39,019 bases of DNA from a virus (Duplodnaviria > Caudoviricetes): the IMG/VR virus record IMGVR_UViG_3300030708_001627, positions 1 to 39,019 of that record. The stretch is one strand, 5' to 3'. Positions 6,387-16,336 of this stretch are shown piece by piece (position 1 is the first letter of the stretch; every line of letters starts with the position of its first letter). The translations under genes and the position numbers were made by a program. The notes beneath the pieces are model-generated. The model had not been told where the DNA came from. It did no database searches and worked only from the letters and a program-made list of their open reading frames with translations.

Positions 6387-9300
6387 TTATTTTATTTTCT
6401 TTTTCTTTTTTGGTTTTTTAATTTTCTTTTTTGGTTTTATTAATTTTTTGATCTTTTTATTATTTATTGTCGATCCAAATTTTTTCTTACCTTTAGTTTT
6501 TGATTTTTCTTCTATACCTAATTCCCAGTCTTGCCAACCACCCATTAAAGCAAAACGCTCCCATAATTCTAAATCTTGCGATAAAGCTGTATTTACATTG
6601 TCTGCTTTTCTTACTAATCTATCAATAGGTATATTAGTTGCAGCTGATATAACATTTGCGCTAGCCATCAACGCTGGATTATCTATTGAAAAACCTTTTT
6701 TACGCATTTCGTCTTTTTCCCACTGGAAAGCTCTACCAGCTTGATTTAATCTTGATAACTTAGATGATATTGGAGGTGACAACCTAGCTAGTTCAAAACT
6801 TACTTTTTCATACTTAGGATTATCTTTTTGTGATTCTTTTATAACTCTCATTACAATATTTTTTCCAACAGAAAAATAAGCACCTGTTAAACCAGAACCT
6901 CTTAATAGTGAATCAGCCATATTGTTTGCAGTGTTTATATATTTTTCGTTTTGATCTTCTTCATCGTCTATATCACCAAACGCAATAGCAAACAAAGCTT
7001 GTTGTAAACCGTTAAATATTAAGTTCTGTACAAAACCATAATAAATAATCTTAGATATATTAGTCTTTACATCTCCTCTTCTATTTTTAAGATCAGATGC
7101 GGCTTTTTTAATTAATCTTGCATACTGCATAGGTGTATTTGCAAAAGCTAATATAATTCTACCAAGTGGACCTGCTTGTTCTTGTGATATACGATCTGGT
7201 CTACTAGACTGTTGAGATTCTTCAGCTATTTCTCTAAAATCATTAAATGCTTTTTCTTGGGCTTGTTGATCAGATAAACCTTGTTTTTTATAACTATTTA
7301 TCCTATTTCTATAAAATGTAGCGCCACCTGAAGCAATAGCAAAACTATCAGCTATTTGTGTTGGTAAAAATCCTATTTCTAACATTTTAGCTACAACACC
7401 TCTTGCGCCACTTTGATTTGCCATATTAGCAATATCAGCTTCGTTTACATTTATTCTTAAACCTCTACGTCTATCAACTAAAAACTCTGAGTTCATTAAA
7501 GTCATAAAATCAGACCAATATTGTTTTTGGTTAGCATATGCTTTACCAGCTTTAAATATATTGTTATCAGAAAAATTTACAAAGTTTACAGCAGATATTG
7601 TTTGCAGTAAAGCCGATCTAGTATTAAAGAACATAATAGTACCAATACTATTTGTTAACCAGTCAACAAGTTTACCAGTTTTGCTGTCACCTGAAAAACT
7701 TCTATTTCTACCAGTTTTCATACGTTGCAGCATCCCTTCTAATGCAACTCTATAAGGCTTACCAAAAGCAGCTTCTAATTTATTTAAATTCTTTTCAGAA
7801 AAAATTATATCAACATTTTGCTGCCATTGTTCTAGATGTTTAACTCTTTTTGTAGTGCCTAAACCTCTTGTTAAGTCTGTGGTTATTGTGCCAGCTAACC
7901 AACCAGATGTAGGAGCCGCGTAACCATCACCTTTATTTATGTTTATTAATTGATCACCAAATACTTTAAATTCAGGTTTGCTTTCAATATAATCAGTTAA
8001 CTCTTTTAAATCTGTTTTACTAAGACCAGGCACTGTTATACCTTGCTTGTTCCAAATATAAACTCTTAAAGCTTGCTCGTTAGTAAAAGTTTCACCTGGT
8101 ATTTTTTTACGTAAATTTTTTGGTACAATATCTAATTGTTTTTTAAGCGCTTTGTAATCGTCCATTAAAGTTATACGCTCTTTTGATATAGCAGCCATAG
8201 CACTAGCATATGGATCAAGTAAATTCTTTTTATACCAAGCCATTTGAGCATCACCTAACTTGCCTTTACCAAGCGTACTATATAATAAACCTACAAAATC
8301 TTCTGCAGATGGTGGTATAAAGAAATTAAATTTACCTTTATTAGCACCTACAACTTGAGCTTTAGCTTTACCGTATTCTTTTTCTGAAGCAATACCTGTT
8401 TTAGCTTCTAATATATCATTAAAATCTTTATCTAGTTTTTTAACTCTATCGCTATAAGCTAATCTATTTTTTGATTTAACATCTAAAACTTCTAACGCAT
8501 CTTGAACAGCTTTAACATTTTTATACACATCATCTGTAAAATAAAAATCATTATAACCTTCAGCTGCTTTACCAACAACCCAATTAGCTTTAGCTTGAGG
8601 TGTGCCATCTTCTAACCCTGTAATATTTTCTAAAGGTATGTTAATACCTATACCATCTAAAAAAGCCTTTATAGAAGTTGCAGAAGCTTGTGGTCTTGCT
8701 GTTAATATAAACACATCTTTGTTTCCAAATTTATCTATTTGTTTTTTAATTTTAGCAACAAGTGGCCCAGGTTTACCATCAACAACTTTGTTAAACTCGC
8801 TAAAATCAAACTCAGCTCCTTGTTCTTCTAATTTACTATGCTGTTTAGCAAATTCAGCAGGTGTTATTTTAGTAGTTTTACCATCAATAGTAACTATTAC
8901 TTTACTTTTACTAGTAGCTAACGTGTCGTCAAAATCAAATATACTAATGCCTTTTTTAGGCGCATTTAAATTCCTTGCGTTACGTAAGGCTTTGTCATAA
9001 TTATTTAAATCATTTAATAAACCATCATTATTAATTGATTTACTAAATTTTGATTTAGGATTTTTATTAAAAGCTTTTGATTTAGATTTTTCTATATCTA
9101 CGTTAGTAGCATTACCAGCGGCATCAATATTTAAAGTTTCAGCAAAAGTTTTACCGTCTAACCCTTTTAATGATGAAGGGTTTATACCTCCTTTTTGTGA
9201 GTAAACAATATTATTAAAATATCTTTGCCACCAATTACCTTCTATTACACTCCAATCATCTGGCATACGTCTTTGCAAACTATAACCTTTTTTAGTTCTA

Positions 9301-12300
9301 GCTTGTCTAAGCTTATTGTCCATTGCTTTGTCTAGAGCTATTAATGTATAATTTTTCATAACTAACTCATAAGACGTATTAAAATTAGCATCGCTCAAAG
9401 AAGCATCTAACAAATACAAGTAAGCGGCTGTAGCAGGCATAGCATGCTCATATTCAAATCTTTTTCCTTCTAAAACAGTAGAATAACCAATAAATCTAGC
9501 TCCTAACTTATGAAAATGACTAGTATCATTAGCAACAAATCCTAAATAATTAGCTATTACTTTAGCTGCTTGTTTATTTATTTTACCACCTTTGTTAATA
9601 GCATTGTTAAAACGTTTCCACATTTCTTTGTGTATTATAGAGACGTTTTTATTCCACTCTTTTATTTTACCATTTTCAATATTTTTTTCTATAACAGAAG
9701 CATTTTTAAAAATAGAGTTATATTTAGCTATTGAATAATCTTTTATACCAGGTATTGGATCACCATATTTTTGATTAGAATCATTTTTTATTGCTTCTAT
9801 TGCTGGTTTATAAACTTCATTATATAATCTTTTATACTCTGTTTTTTTAACAATATTGTCACTAGATCCTATAACATAATAACTAGGAGTAAAAATAGAA
9901 CCACCTTGCGGACCAAAAACCATATCTTTTGGTAAAAGAGGTAACAAATCTGTTTTTGCAGCTTCTACAAAATCAAGTATACCTTGTTCTGTTTTTAAAT
10001 CAAAACTTTTTTCATTTATATAGTTTTGAAGCAAATCATCTTTACCTTTTGTTTCAAGCTCAAATAAATTTTTTATATTTATTACAGCGTCAACTGTTTC
10101 GCTAAAAGCTGTTTTACTTTGAGCAGCTGTTATACCTGCTATTTGTTTTTTAACTTTAGCCGGATCTTTAGCTGTATCTATTGTAGTTTCTAAGTTTCTT
10201 TGCGCTGCGGAAAAAGCAGCTTGTTGAGAATAAACTTTAGCTATACCTTTTAATAATTGACCTATATCTCTATTGTAATTATTTAATTGACCAGCTTCGG
10301 TTATACCAGCGTCTGCTTTAAGTTTATTTATAACATCAATAGTAGGATTAATAAACTCAGGTTTTAATTCCCATATAAATGGTTGAGACTTTTTACCTTT
10401 TGATCTTTTATTTGTTTTATTATAAAAATAATTTTGAACTAAACCTTTTAAGCCAATAGCTAAACCTAAAACATCTCTATCTACATCTATGTTTTCACCA
10501 AGCTCATTTATATCAGCGGTATCAGAAGTAACACTTTGTCTAGGTAATATTTTTATAAAGTTTTCTGCGTTCTTACCTTTTCTAATCCAGTCTTGAATAT
10601 TACCAGCTTCAGAAGCTTCAGGTACACCATCAACTATTTTTTTAGCGTACGTTAAATTTTCTTTACCAACAGTTATTTTATCAGCAGGTACGTTAAATAT
10701 ATTGCTACCAACTTCACCTGTGTAATTAGATACTTCTTTATAAGTATCACCTTCTTTAACTTTTACTATGTTTGTTATATTAGATTCGTTGACACCATCA
10801 AAGTTTTTTAATACATTGATTTTTCTTTTAGTGTCTGTATCAACAGCTTGATCAACTTCTACAGTAGTTGGATCTGCAATTTGTTTAGCAGCTTCAGTAT
10901 CTATACTAGCGGCATCTACTGATACTTGGTTTTGTTGTATAACATCTTTAATATCAAACCTTAAGTTAGCACCAACATAAGTGCTCCAGTTATCGTTAAT
11001 CTTTGCATCAAACTTATCTAATAAACCTCTTTCTACTATTCTAGTTCTAGCTGTTTGAAGTGCGTCGTTATAAGATATATTGCCTAATCCTTTTCGAGTA
11101 TCAAAGCCCATTGCTCTTAAACCAACTCTAGCACCACCTTCTATTAGTATATTATTTATATCTGATAATTCTTTACCTTTAGCGTTTTTACGTTTTCTTA
11201 ATAACTGTTCGTTTGTAAATCTTTGCTTTAATTGTTGTTGAGAAGGTGTTAATGATTCTTTTGTTTCAACACTAACATCATCATCAACTTTTCTACCAGC
11301 AATACCTTCTTCCTTTATAGTTCTAATATCTTTTACACTTAAATCACCAGCTTTTAATTTTTTAGCTAAATTAGTTAAAAAATTGGCTACATCAGTTTCA
11401 CCTTTAAAATTAAAACTATAATCAGTATTTGTAACACTACTAACACCAAGCCCTAATATTCTACCAATTGGTCCTAAAAATCCTGCGTTTTTTGCTTTTT
11501 CAAAATTAATATTACCAGCTGCTACTTCTTCTAAAAAATTAGTTAATACTTCATCAGCGTCTTGACTAGCAGTTCTAGTAGATATTCTAGTGTATGCTTC
11601 TGGGTTTGCTTTTTTAGTATATTCTAATATAATATTTGCTAAATCTGTAAAAGCCTCTGGATTACTAGCAAATGCTTCTGTAAATATAGTGTGACCAATC
11701 TCATGTATACCAGTATGTTGTTTACCGTTTGCTACAGAGTTTTGTTTAGAAACTAAAACATTATAAATGTTTTTACCAGACTCATTATCTAATACAGCTT
11801 CGTTTATACCATTTATAGTGCCGTTTTCAATACCTTCTTTAAATCTGTTAAATTTAGTATCTGCTTGCGCTTGTGTTAAATCAACATTAGGATTAGCTAC
11901 ATGACTATCTAATATTTCTCTATAATCTTTTATTATTTGCGTATTTGAATCAGATAAATTATAGCTTATATTAATACCTGCTTCACCAAGAATATTAACT
12001 GTTTTTAAATCATTTTTAGCGTTTTTATCTATACTTTCTGAATTATATATATTTTCAGCCTCCTGTAATATTGCTTGTTCGCTAGGTATAGAAATACCTT
12101 TTGACTGCAGATTTGTAGTAGCTAAATCGTATAGTCTTGATTTTTCTTTTTTATCAAGTAAAGGAAATGTTTTAGTAAACGATTGTCTAAAACCATCTCT
12201 AGCGTTTTGTAATTGATCAAATTCAGTTTTTAATGGTTTTAAACGGTTTTGTTTTACTTCTTTAGATAAAGATCTATTGTTTATTATTTCTTCTGCTTCT

Positions 12301-14579
12301 ATTCTTAAATTTTCTTGTCTATCAGTAGCTGCTTGATATAAATTAAAACCTTCTGAAGTTAACTCTTCATTAACGTTGTTTTCTATTTTATTTAATATTT
12401 CTGAATTTTCAGTTTCTAATTGTTTAATTAACTTTAAATTTTTAGATTTTATATCGGCTTTTACAAAAGGACTAGCATTTGACCTGTATATCGTGCCAAT
12501 CATATCTAAATTAGATCTGTAGCTTTCATATGATTTATAATCAGAAAAATTATTTAACATAGCACCGTACATTGTAGGCACTCCTGAAAAAGCATAACCA
12601 AACATACCACCAACAAAAAGACTTTCATTTAAACCTCTTGTTAAAGGTTTGCCATCTATACCGTTTTGAAAAACAGTTGTAATACCCTCTGTTGAAGACT
12701 CTAAACCTATATCCCACGCTAATAGTGGAGAATTTTTGTATAAATAATCAAATCTATTTTTGTAACCTTGTATTAATTCTCTTTTACCAGTATCATTTAT
12801 ACGTAAACGGGCTTTTTTTAATATGCTCATAGTAGGCATTGTACCAAACACATATTCAGCGGCTCCAAAACCTATACTTTTTAATCTAAGCTCTCCATCT
12901 GTATAACTTCTACCACCAAAAGTACTAGCTTCTTTTTGTCTATCAGCAACATATCCACCACCAGATACAGCAAATGTTAAATAAGGATTTACGGACATGT
13001 AAGCTAGAAATGTACTTTGTTGAACAGTTTGATCAACCATAAATTCACCAAAATTAGACAAGCTATCAAAAGCTTTGTCAAAAGTTATTGGTTTGTAAAA
13101 CTTACCTCTTATTTTGTCATCATATTTTCTAACAACTTGACTAGCGTTTTGTACATCTATAAATGGATTTCCTTCTGTGCCAAATATTTGAAAATCAATA
13201 AGTGTAGCTATATCAATACCGCCTCTAATCATACCAGTAGCAAAAGTTCCTGGTTCGCCAGAGCCTAAACCTCCAAATATTTTATTTATTTGACTATAAT
13301 CTCTTTTTAAATAATCTAATAATTTACCTAAGTCTTCGTTGCTTTCAGCAATTTTAAAATTTTTTTCGTAATTTTCAATTTTTTTATCTCTTTGAAAATA
13401 CTTAACGTTTAAAGATTCTGCATAATTCCCTAATGCTTTATGTATTTCTTGATAGTTTATTAACTTACTATTAAAACTATCAACTAAAGCATTATAAGAT
13501 TCAATATTATTTTCTACTATTTCAGGTCTTTTTTGTGCTTCTTCAATTTGTGTTTTTAAATCTAATAATTCTGTTTCTACTTTTTTAAATTCTAAACTAA
13601 AATTATTATAGTTTTTATAATCAGCACTGTTTTCTATAGACTCGTTAATACTTAATATTTCTTTTTCTTGTTCTTCTAAAGAATCATAGGTTATATAACT
13701 ACCCTCTATATATTCGTTAATTTTATAATCAAATAAAGCTTTTCTTAAATCAGGATCAATATCGTCTAAATAATTTTTAGCGTTTGAATCAAGATAATCA
13801 TTTTCTTTTTTGTTAGCCATTATAATCCTGGCAACTTTTTCTATTTGATCTCTTGTTATAGGTTCAACTTCACCAGTTTTTTTGCTTTTCTTTCTTGGTC
13901 CAGATTCTAAGTATTCTCTAGCTTCATTAAAAACTTCTTCATTAGGCTGTATTGTTTTAGTAAATGTTTGAGAAGGTGTATAACCTGTTAAAGAGCTACC
14001 GCCGCCGCCTGTTGTAAACTCTTGTTCATAAGGTGTAAATAAATCAGGATTATAATTTGGATTATCAGGATTTGTAAAAGAGTCTACTTCTAATTGCTGT
14101 TCTTTATTTAAAATTACATTGTTTTCAAATTTATCAAATTCAATTTTAAAATCATTAACATTTAGGTTTTTATCGTATTTTACAGCCCACTCACTAACAG
14201 GATCTTCAACTCTAGGTTTATCAACCATTGTTGCTTTATCTTCTGTAATTAATTGTCCAAATGCATTTCTACCTGGTTCAACACGAGCTTTATCACCCCA
14301 AGCTTCTACATAGTCATCTACAGTTTTTATCTTTTTCCCATATGTACCAGCATCTATTTGACTTTGTATAGCTTTGTAATCGTATAAATTACCATCTATA
14401 TATATATTAGCTTGTTTAGGTATTTCTTTATTAAATAAAAATTCTCCTTCGCTATTAAAACCTAAGCTTTCTAATAATTTAATATCGCTCTCGTCTTGTT
14501 GTTCTACATTATCTAATATTTCTTCATTAGTAACATTTTCAACAACAGCTGTGTTTTCTAAACTATTACCGTTTGCCAT
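6387..14579 (-). CDS. Giant (2730 aa) multidomain polyvalent protein, probably virion-packaged and ejected
   Basis: Last and largest of three genes after the tail nozzle. Contains coiled coils, Gly-rich hydrophobic helices, HEIGH (aa ~959), a sigma-region-2-like segment (aa ~1140-1215), EHAMP (aa ~1711), HAD motifs DFDDT/TAR/DD (from aa ~1882) and a poly-Lys C-terminus. Confidence 0.8.
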   Translation of the reverse strand: MANGNSLENTAVVENVTNEEILDNVEQQDESDIKLLESLGFNSEGEFLFNKEIPKQANIYIDGNLYDYKAIQSQIDAGTYGKKIKTVDDYVEAWGDKARVEPGRNAFGQLITEDKATMVDKPRVEDPVSEWAVKYDKNLNVNDFKIEFDKFENNVILNKEQQLEVDSFTNPDNPNYNPDLFTPYEQEFTTGGGGSSLTGYTPSQTFTKTIQPNEEVFNEAREYLESGPRKKSKKTGEVEPITRDQIEKVARIIMANKKENDYLDSNAKNYLDDIDPDLRKALFDYKINEYIEGSYITYDSLEEQEKEILSINESIENSADYKNYNNFSLEFKKVETELLDLKTQIEEAQKRPEIVENNIESYNALVDSFNSKLINYQEIHKALGNYAESLNVKYFQRDKKIENYEKNFKIAESNEDLGKLLDYLKRDYSQINKIFGGLGSGEPGTFATGMIRGGIDIATLIDFQIFGTEGNPFIDVQNASQVVRKYDDKIRGKFYKPITFDKAFDSLSNFGEFMVDQTVQQSTFLAYMSVNPYLTFAVSGGGYVADRQKEASTFGGRSYTDGELRLKSIGFGAAEYVFGTMPTMSILKKARLRINDTGKRELIQGYKNRFDYLYKNSPLLAWDIGLESSTEGITTVFQNGIDGKPLTRGLNESLFVGGMFGYAFSGVPTMYGAMLNNFSDYKSYESYRSNLDMIGTIYRSNASPFVKADIKSKNLKLIKQLETENSEILNKIENNVNEELTSEGFNLYQAATDRQENLRIEAEEIINNRSLSKEVKQNRLKPLKTEFDQLQNARDGFRQSFTKTFPLLDKKEKSRLYDLATTNLQSKGISIPSEQAILQEAENIYNSESIDKNAKNDLKTVNILGEAGINISYNLSDSNTQIIKDYREILDSHVANPNVDLTQAQADTKFNRFKEGIENGTINGINEAVLDNESGKNIYNVLVSKQNSVANGKQHTGIHEIGHTIFTEAFASNPEAFTDLANIILEYTKKANPEAYTRISTRTASQDADEVLTNFLEEVAAGNINFEKAKNAGFLGPIGRILGLGVSSVTNTDYSFNFKGETDVANFLTNLAKKLKAGDLSVKDIRTIKEEGIAGRKVDDDVSVETKESLTPSQQQLKQRFTNEQLLRKRKNAKGKELSDINNILIEGGARVGLRAMGFDTRKGLGNISYNDALQTARTRIVERGLLDKFDAKINDNWSTYVGANLRFDIKDVIQQNQVSVDAASIDTEAAKQIADPTTVEVDQAVDTDTKRKINVLKNFDGVNESNITNIVKVKEGDTYKEVSNYTGEVGSNIFNVPADKITVGKENLTYAKKIVDGVPEASEAGNIQDWIRKGKNAENFIKILPRQSVTSDTADINELGENIDVDRDVLGLAIGLKGLVQNYFYNKTNKRSKGKKSQPFIWELKPEFINPTIDVINKLKADAGITEAGQLNNYNRDIGQLLKGIAKVYSQQAAFSAAQRNLETTIDTAKDPAKVKKQIAGITAAQSKTAFSETVDAVINIKNLFELETKGKDDLLQNYINEKSFDLKTEQGILDFVEAAKTDLLPLLPKDMVFGPQGGSIFTPSYYVIGSSDNIVKKTEYKRLYNEVYKPAIEAIKNDSNQKYGDPIPGIKDYSIAKYNSIFKNASVIEKNIENGKIKEWNKNVSIIHKEMWKRFNNAINKGGKINKQAAKVIANYLGFVANDTSHFHKLGARFIGYSTVLEGKRFEYEHAMPATAAYLYLLDASLSDANFNTSYELVMKNYTLIALDKAMDNKLRQARTKKGYSLQRRMPDDWSVIEGNWWQRYFNNIVYSQKGGINPSSLKGLDGKTFAETLNIDAAGNATNVDIEKSKSKAFNKNPKSKFSKSINNDGLLNDLNNYDKALRNARNLNAPKKGISIFDFDDTLATSKSKVIVTIDGKTTKITPAEFAKQHSKLEEQGAEFDFSEFNKVVDGKPGPLVAKIKKQIDKFGNKDVFILTARPQASATSIKAFLDGIGINIPLENITGLEDGTPQAKANWVVGKAAEGYNDFYFTDDVYKNVKAVQDALEVLDVKSKNRLAYSDRVKKLDKDFNDILEAKTGIASEKEYGKAKAQVVGANKGKFNFFIPPSAEDFVGLLYSTLGKGKLGDAQMAWYKKNLLDPYASAMAAISKERITLMDDYKALKKQLDIVPKNLRKKIPGETFTNEQALRVYIWNKQGITVPGLSKTDLKELTDYIESKPEFKVFGDQLININKGDGYAAPTSGWLAGTITTDLTRGLGTTKRVKHLEQWQQNVDIIFSEKNLNKLEAAFGKPYRVALEGMLQRMKTGRNRSFSGDSKTGKLVDWLTNSIGTIMFFNTRSALLQTISAVNFVNFSDNNIFKAGKAYANQKQYWSDFMTLMNSEFLVDRRRGLRINVNEADIANMANQSGARGVVAKMLEIGFLPTQIADSFAIASGGATFYRNRINSYKKQGLSDQQAQEKAFNDFREIAEESQQSSRPDRISQEQAGPLGRIILAFANTPMQYARLIKKAASDLKNRRGDVKTNISKIIYYGFVQNLIFNGLQQALFAIAFGDIDDEEDQNEKYINTANNMADSLLRGSGLTGAYFSVGKNIVMRVIKESQKDNPKYEKVSFELARLSPPISSKLSRLNQAGRAFQWEKDEMRKKGFSIDNPALMASANVISAATNIPIDRLVRKADNVNTALSQDLELWERFALMGGWQDWELGIEEKSKTKGKKKFGSTINNKKIKKLIKPKKKIKKPKKKKKIK

Positions 14580-14593
14580 ATTTTTATATTAAC

Positions 14594-16333
14594 TTATTGG
14601 TTTTCTGGCGCCATAGGTGGTATATCAGAAGGATCTCTTAAAGACCCTCCTTTAATAACATCTTTAAGTCTTTGAAACTCATTTACAATACCTGTTACAA
14701 CAGAAGGTGTTAATTCAGGAGATCCTCCAACTTTTTTCATTTTAGACACAAGTTTTAATACACTTCCTTCATCATTTAAGTCATATGTTATTTCTTCATC
14801 AGCTACATCATCATCACCTGATTTAACCCACATAACTTTAAGTGTACCAAGACCAGCGTCACCAGGCATACCACCTTTACCATATCTATCAGGGAAATAT
14901 TCTATACCTCCAACTTTTCTATCAGCACCACCTATAGGAAGTTGATATTCTTGGAAAAAGTTTTCAATAGCACTTTCGTTTATAACAAAACCTGGTTTAC
15001 CTTCTACAGAAACATTTTCACCAAACGTTTGAACTTCTAAACCTTTGTTAAATAATCTAAAGAATCTATCAATTCTACTTCTATCAGGCTTACTTATACC
15101 GCTTCCACCGCCACCATCGCCGTCGCTGTCAGGCTTTTGTTCAGATTTTTTATAATCAGCATCCCAATATTGTCTGTTTGTATATGTTTTAGGTATTGCT
15201 CTACCTACAGCAAATCCATCATTACCTTCAGAAACTATAAACGCATCACCATTTTTTAACTTATATCTTTCAGCAGTATAATCTCTTAATAATTCTGTTC
15301 TTAGAGCATTATTCATGCCTTCTCCATTTATACCACCAGCTTGCTCAACTTTAGCTTGTAATTCATCTGAAAATGCAAAATTACCATTTCCAACTATATT
15401 TCTTAATTGATTCCATGCTGATGCAAAAGTTTCGTCTGTAAAAGAACCTGGAGAAAAATATTCGTTAGCATGTAAATTAGCATCTTTAGTATATCTAGCT
15501 ATACTTTCATTTTGAACATATTTGTCAGATACTCCAACTTGATAATTTTTATCATTTTGTTCATCAAAATATGTAGTACCAACTTTTTGGAATTGAGTTG
15601 TATATCCAGCTCCTCTTACTTTTAAAGCATCGTTTAAAGTTGCATCTTCGTTATATTTTATAGCAAAATTATCTTGTCTCCACGAAGCGTTCATAGCACT
15701 AGCGTTTATAAAAATTTCTTCATCACCAGTGTTTAATATATAGCCTTTTTGTGGAATACCAGCTTTGTTGTTTCTACTAGCAACTTCTAAAGCATTAGGA
15801 TTTTCATTTGTTATTCTAGCTAAACTAGCAAGTGACACGCTTGTTTTTTCGCCATTAACACCTGGCAAAAACACCCTTATACCAGCATCTGTAGTTTTAT
15901 CTGCGGCTGCTTCAAGAGTTAAACCCATATTGTTAAGATCTTTATATTGATTCATATCAGCTTGTATAGCTGCTTGATTTCTTTTATTTGAAGTTCTAAA
16001 TTTTTGTTTTTGACCTTCTACAAAATTATTTAACCACCTAGCGTTTGCTAATGTAAAAGCATCATCATTTAAATCATGAGCAACTCCATGTTCGTCTATA
16101 TAATGCTCGTTAACATCAGGATCCCAAGCACCTATATCTGTAAGTTTTAATTCTGCTTCTTCTTCTGGTGTTGGAGCTTTAAGTGTAGATGCCACACCTC
16201 TACTAAAAGCAGTATAATCTTGTATACCTAATCTAGGGTTTTCATATGTGCCTCCTGTAGTTGTTCTAGCGCCACTACCTAAATTAGCGCTCATCATATA
16301 AGGACTTCTGTTTGTTCTTGGTTTTGTTGCCAT
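14594..16333 (-). CDS. Hypothetical protein, probable internal virion/ejection protein (579 aa)
   Basis: Long intact ORF between two other probable ejected proteins; no recognisable catalytic motif. Confidence 0.6.
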   Translation of the reverse strand: MATKPRTNRSPYMMSANLGSGARTTTGGTYENPRLGIQDYTAFSRGVASTLKAPTPEEEAELKLTDIGAWDPDVNEHYIDEHGVAHDLNDDAFTLANARWLNNFVEGQKQKFRTSNKRNQAAIQADMNQYKDLNNMGLTLEAAADKTTDAGIRVFLPGVNGEKTSVSLASLARITNENPNALEVASRNNKAGIPQKGYILNTGDEEIFINASAMNASWRQDNFAIKYNEDATLNDALKVRGAGYTTQFQKVGTTYFDEQNDKNYQVGVSDKYVQNESIARYTKDANLHANEYFSPGSFTDETFASAWNQLRNIVGNGNFAFSDELQAKVEQAGGINGEGMNNALRTELLRDYTAERYKLKNGDAFIVSEGNDGFAVGRAIPKTYTNRQYWDADYKKSEQKPDSDGDGGGGSGISKPDRSRIDRFFRLFNKGLEVQTFGENVSVEGKPGFVINESAIENFFQEYQLPIGGADRKVGGIEYFPDRYGKGGMPGDAGLGTLKVMWVKSGDDDVADEEITYDLNDEGSVLKLVSKMKKVGGSPELTPSVVTGIVNEFQRLKDVIKGGSLRDPSDIPPMAPENQ

Positions 16334-16336
16334 AAT

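Noticed and set aside
8921-8940. FDFDD as the catalytic DxDxD motif of a crAss-like virion RNA polymerase
   Set aside because: It reads DFDDT and is followed at the right spacing by HAD motifs II-IV, so it is HAD motif I.
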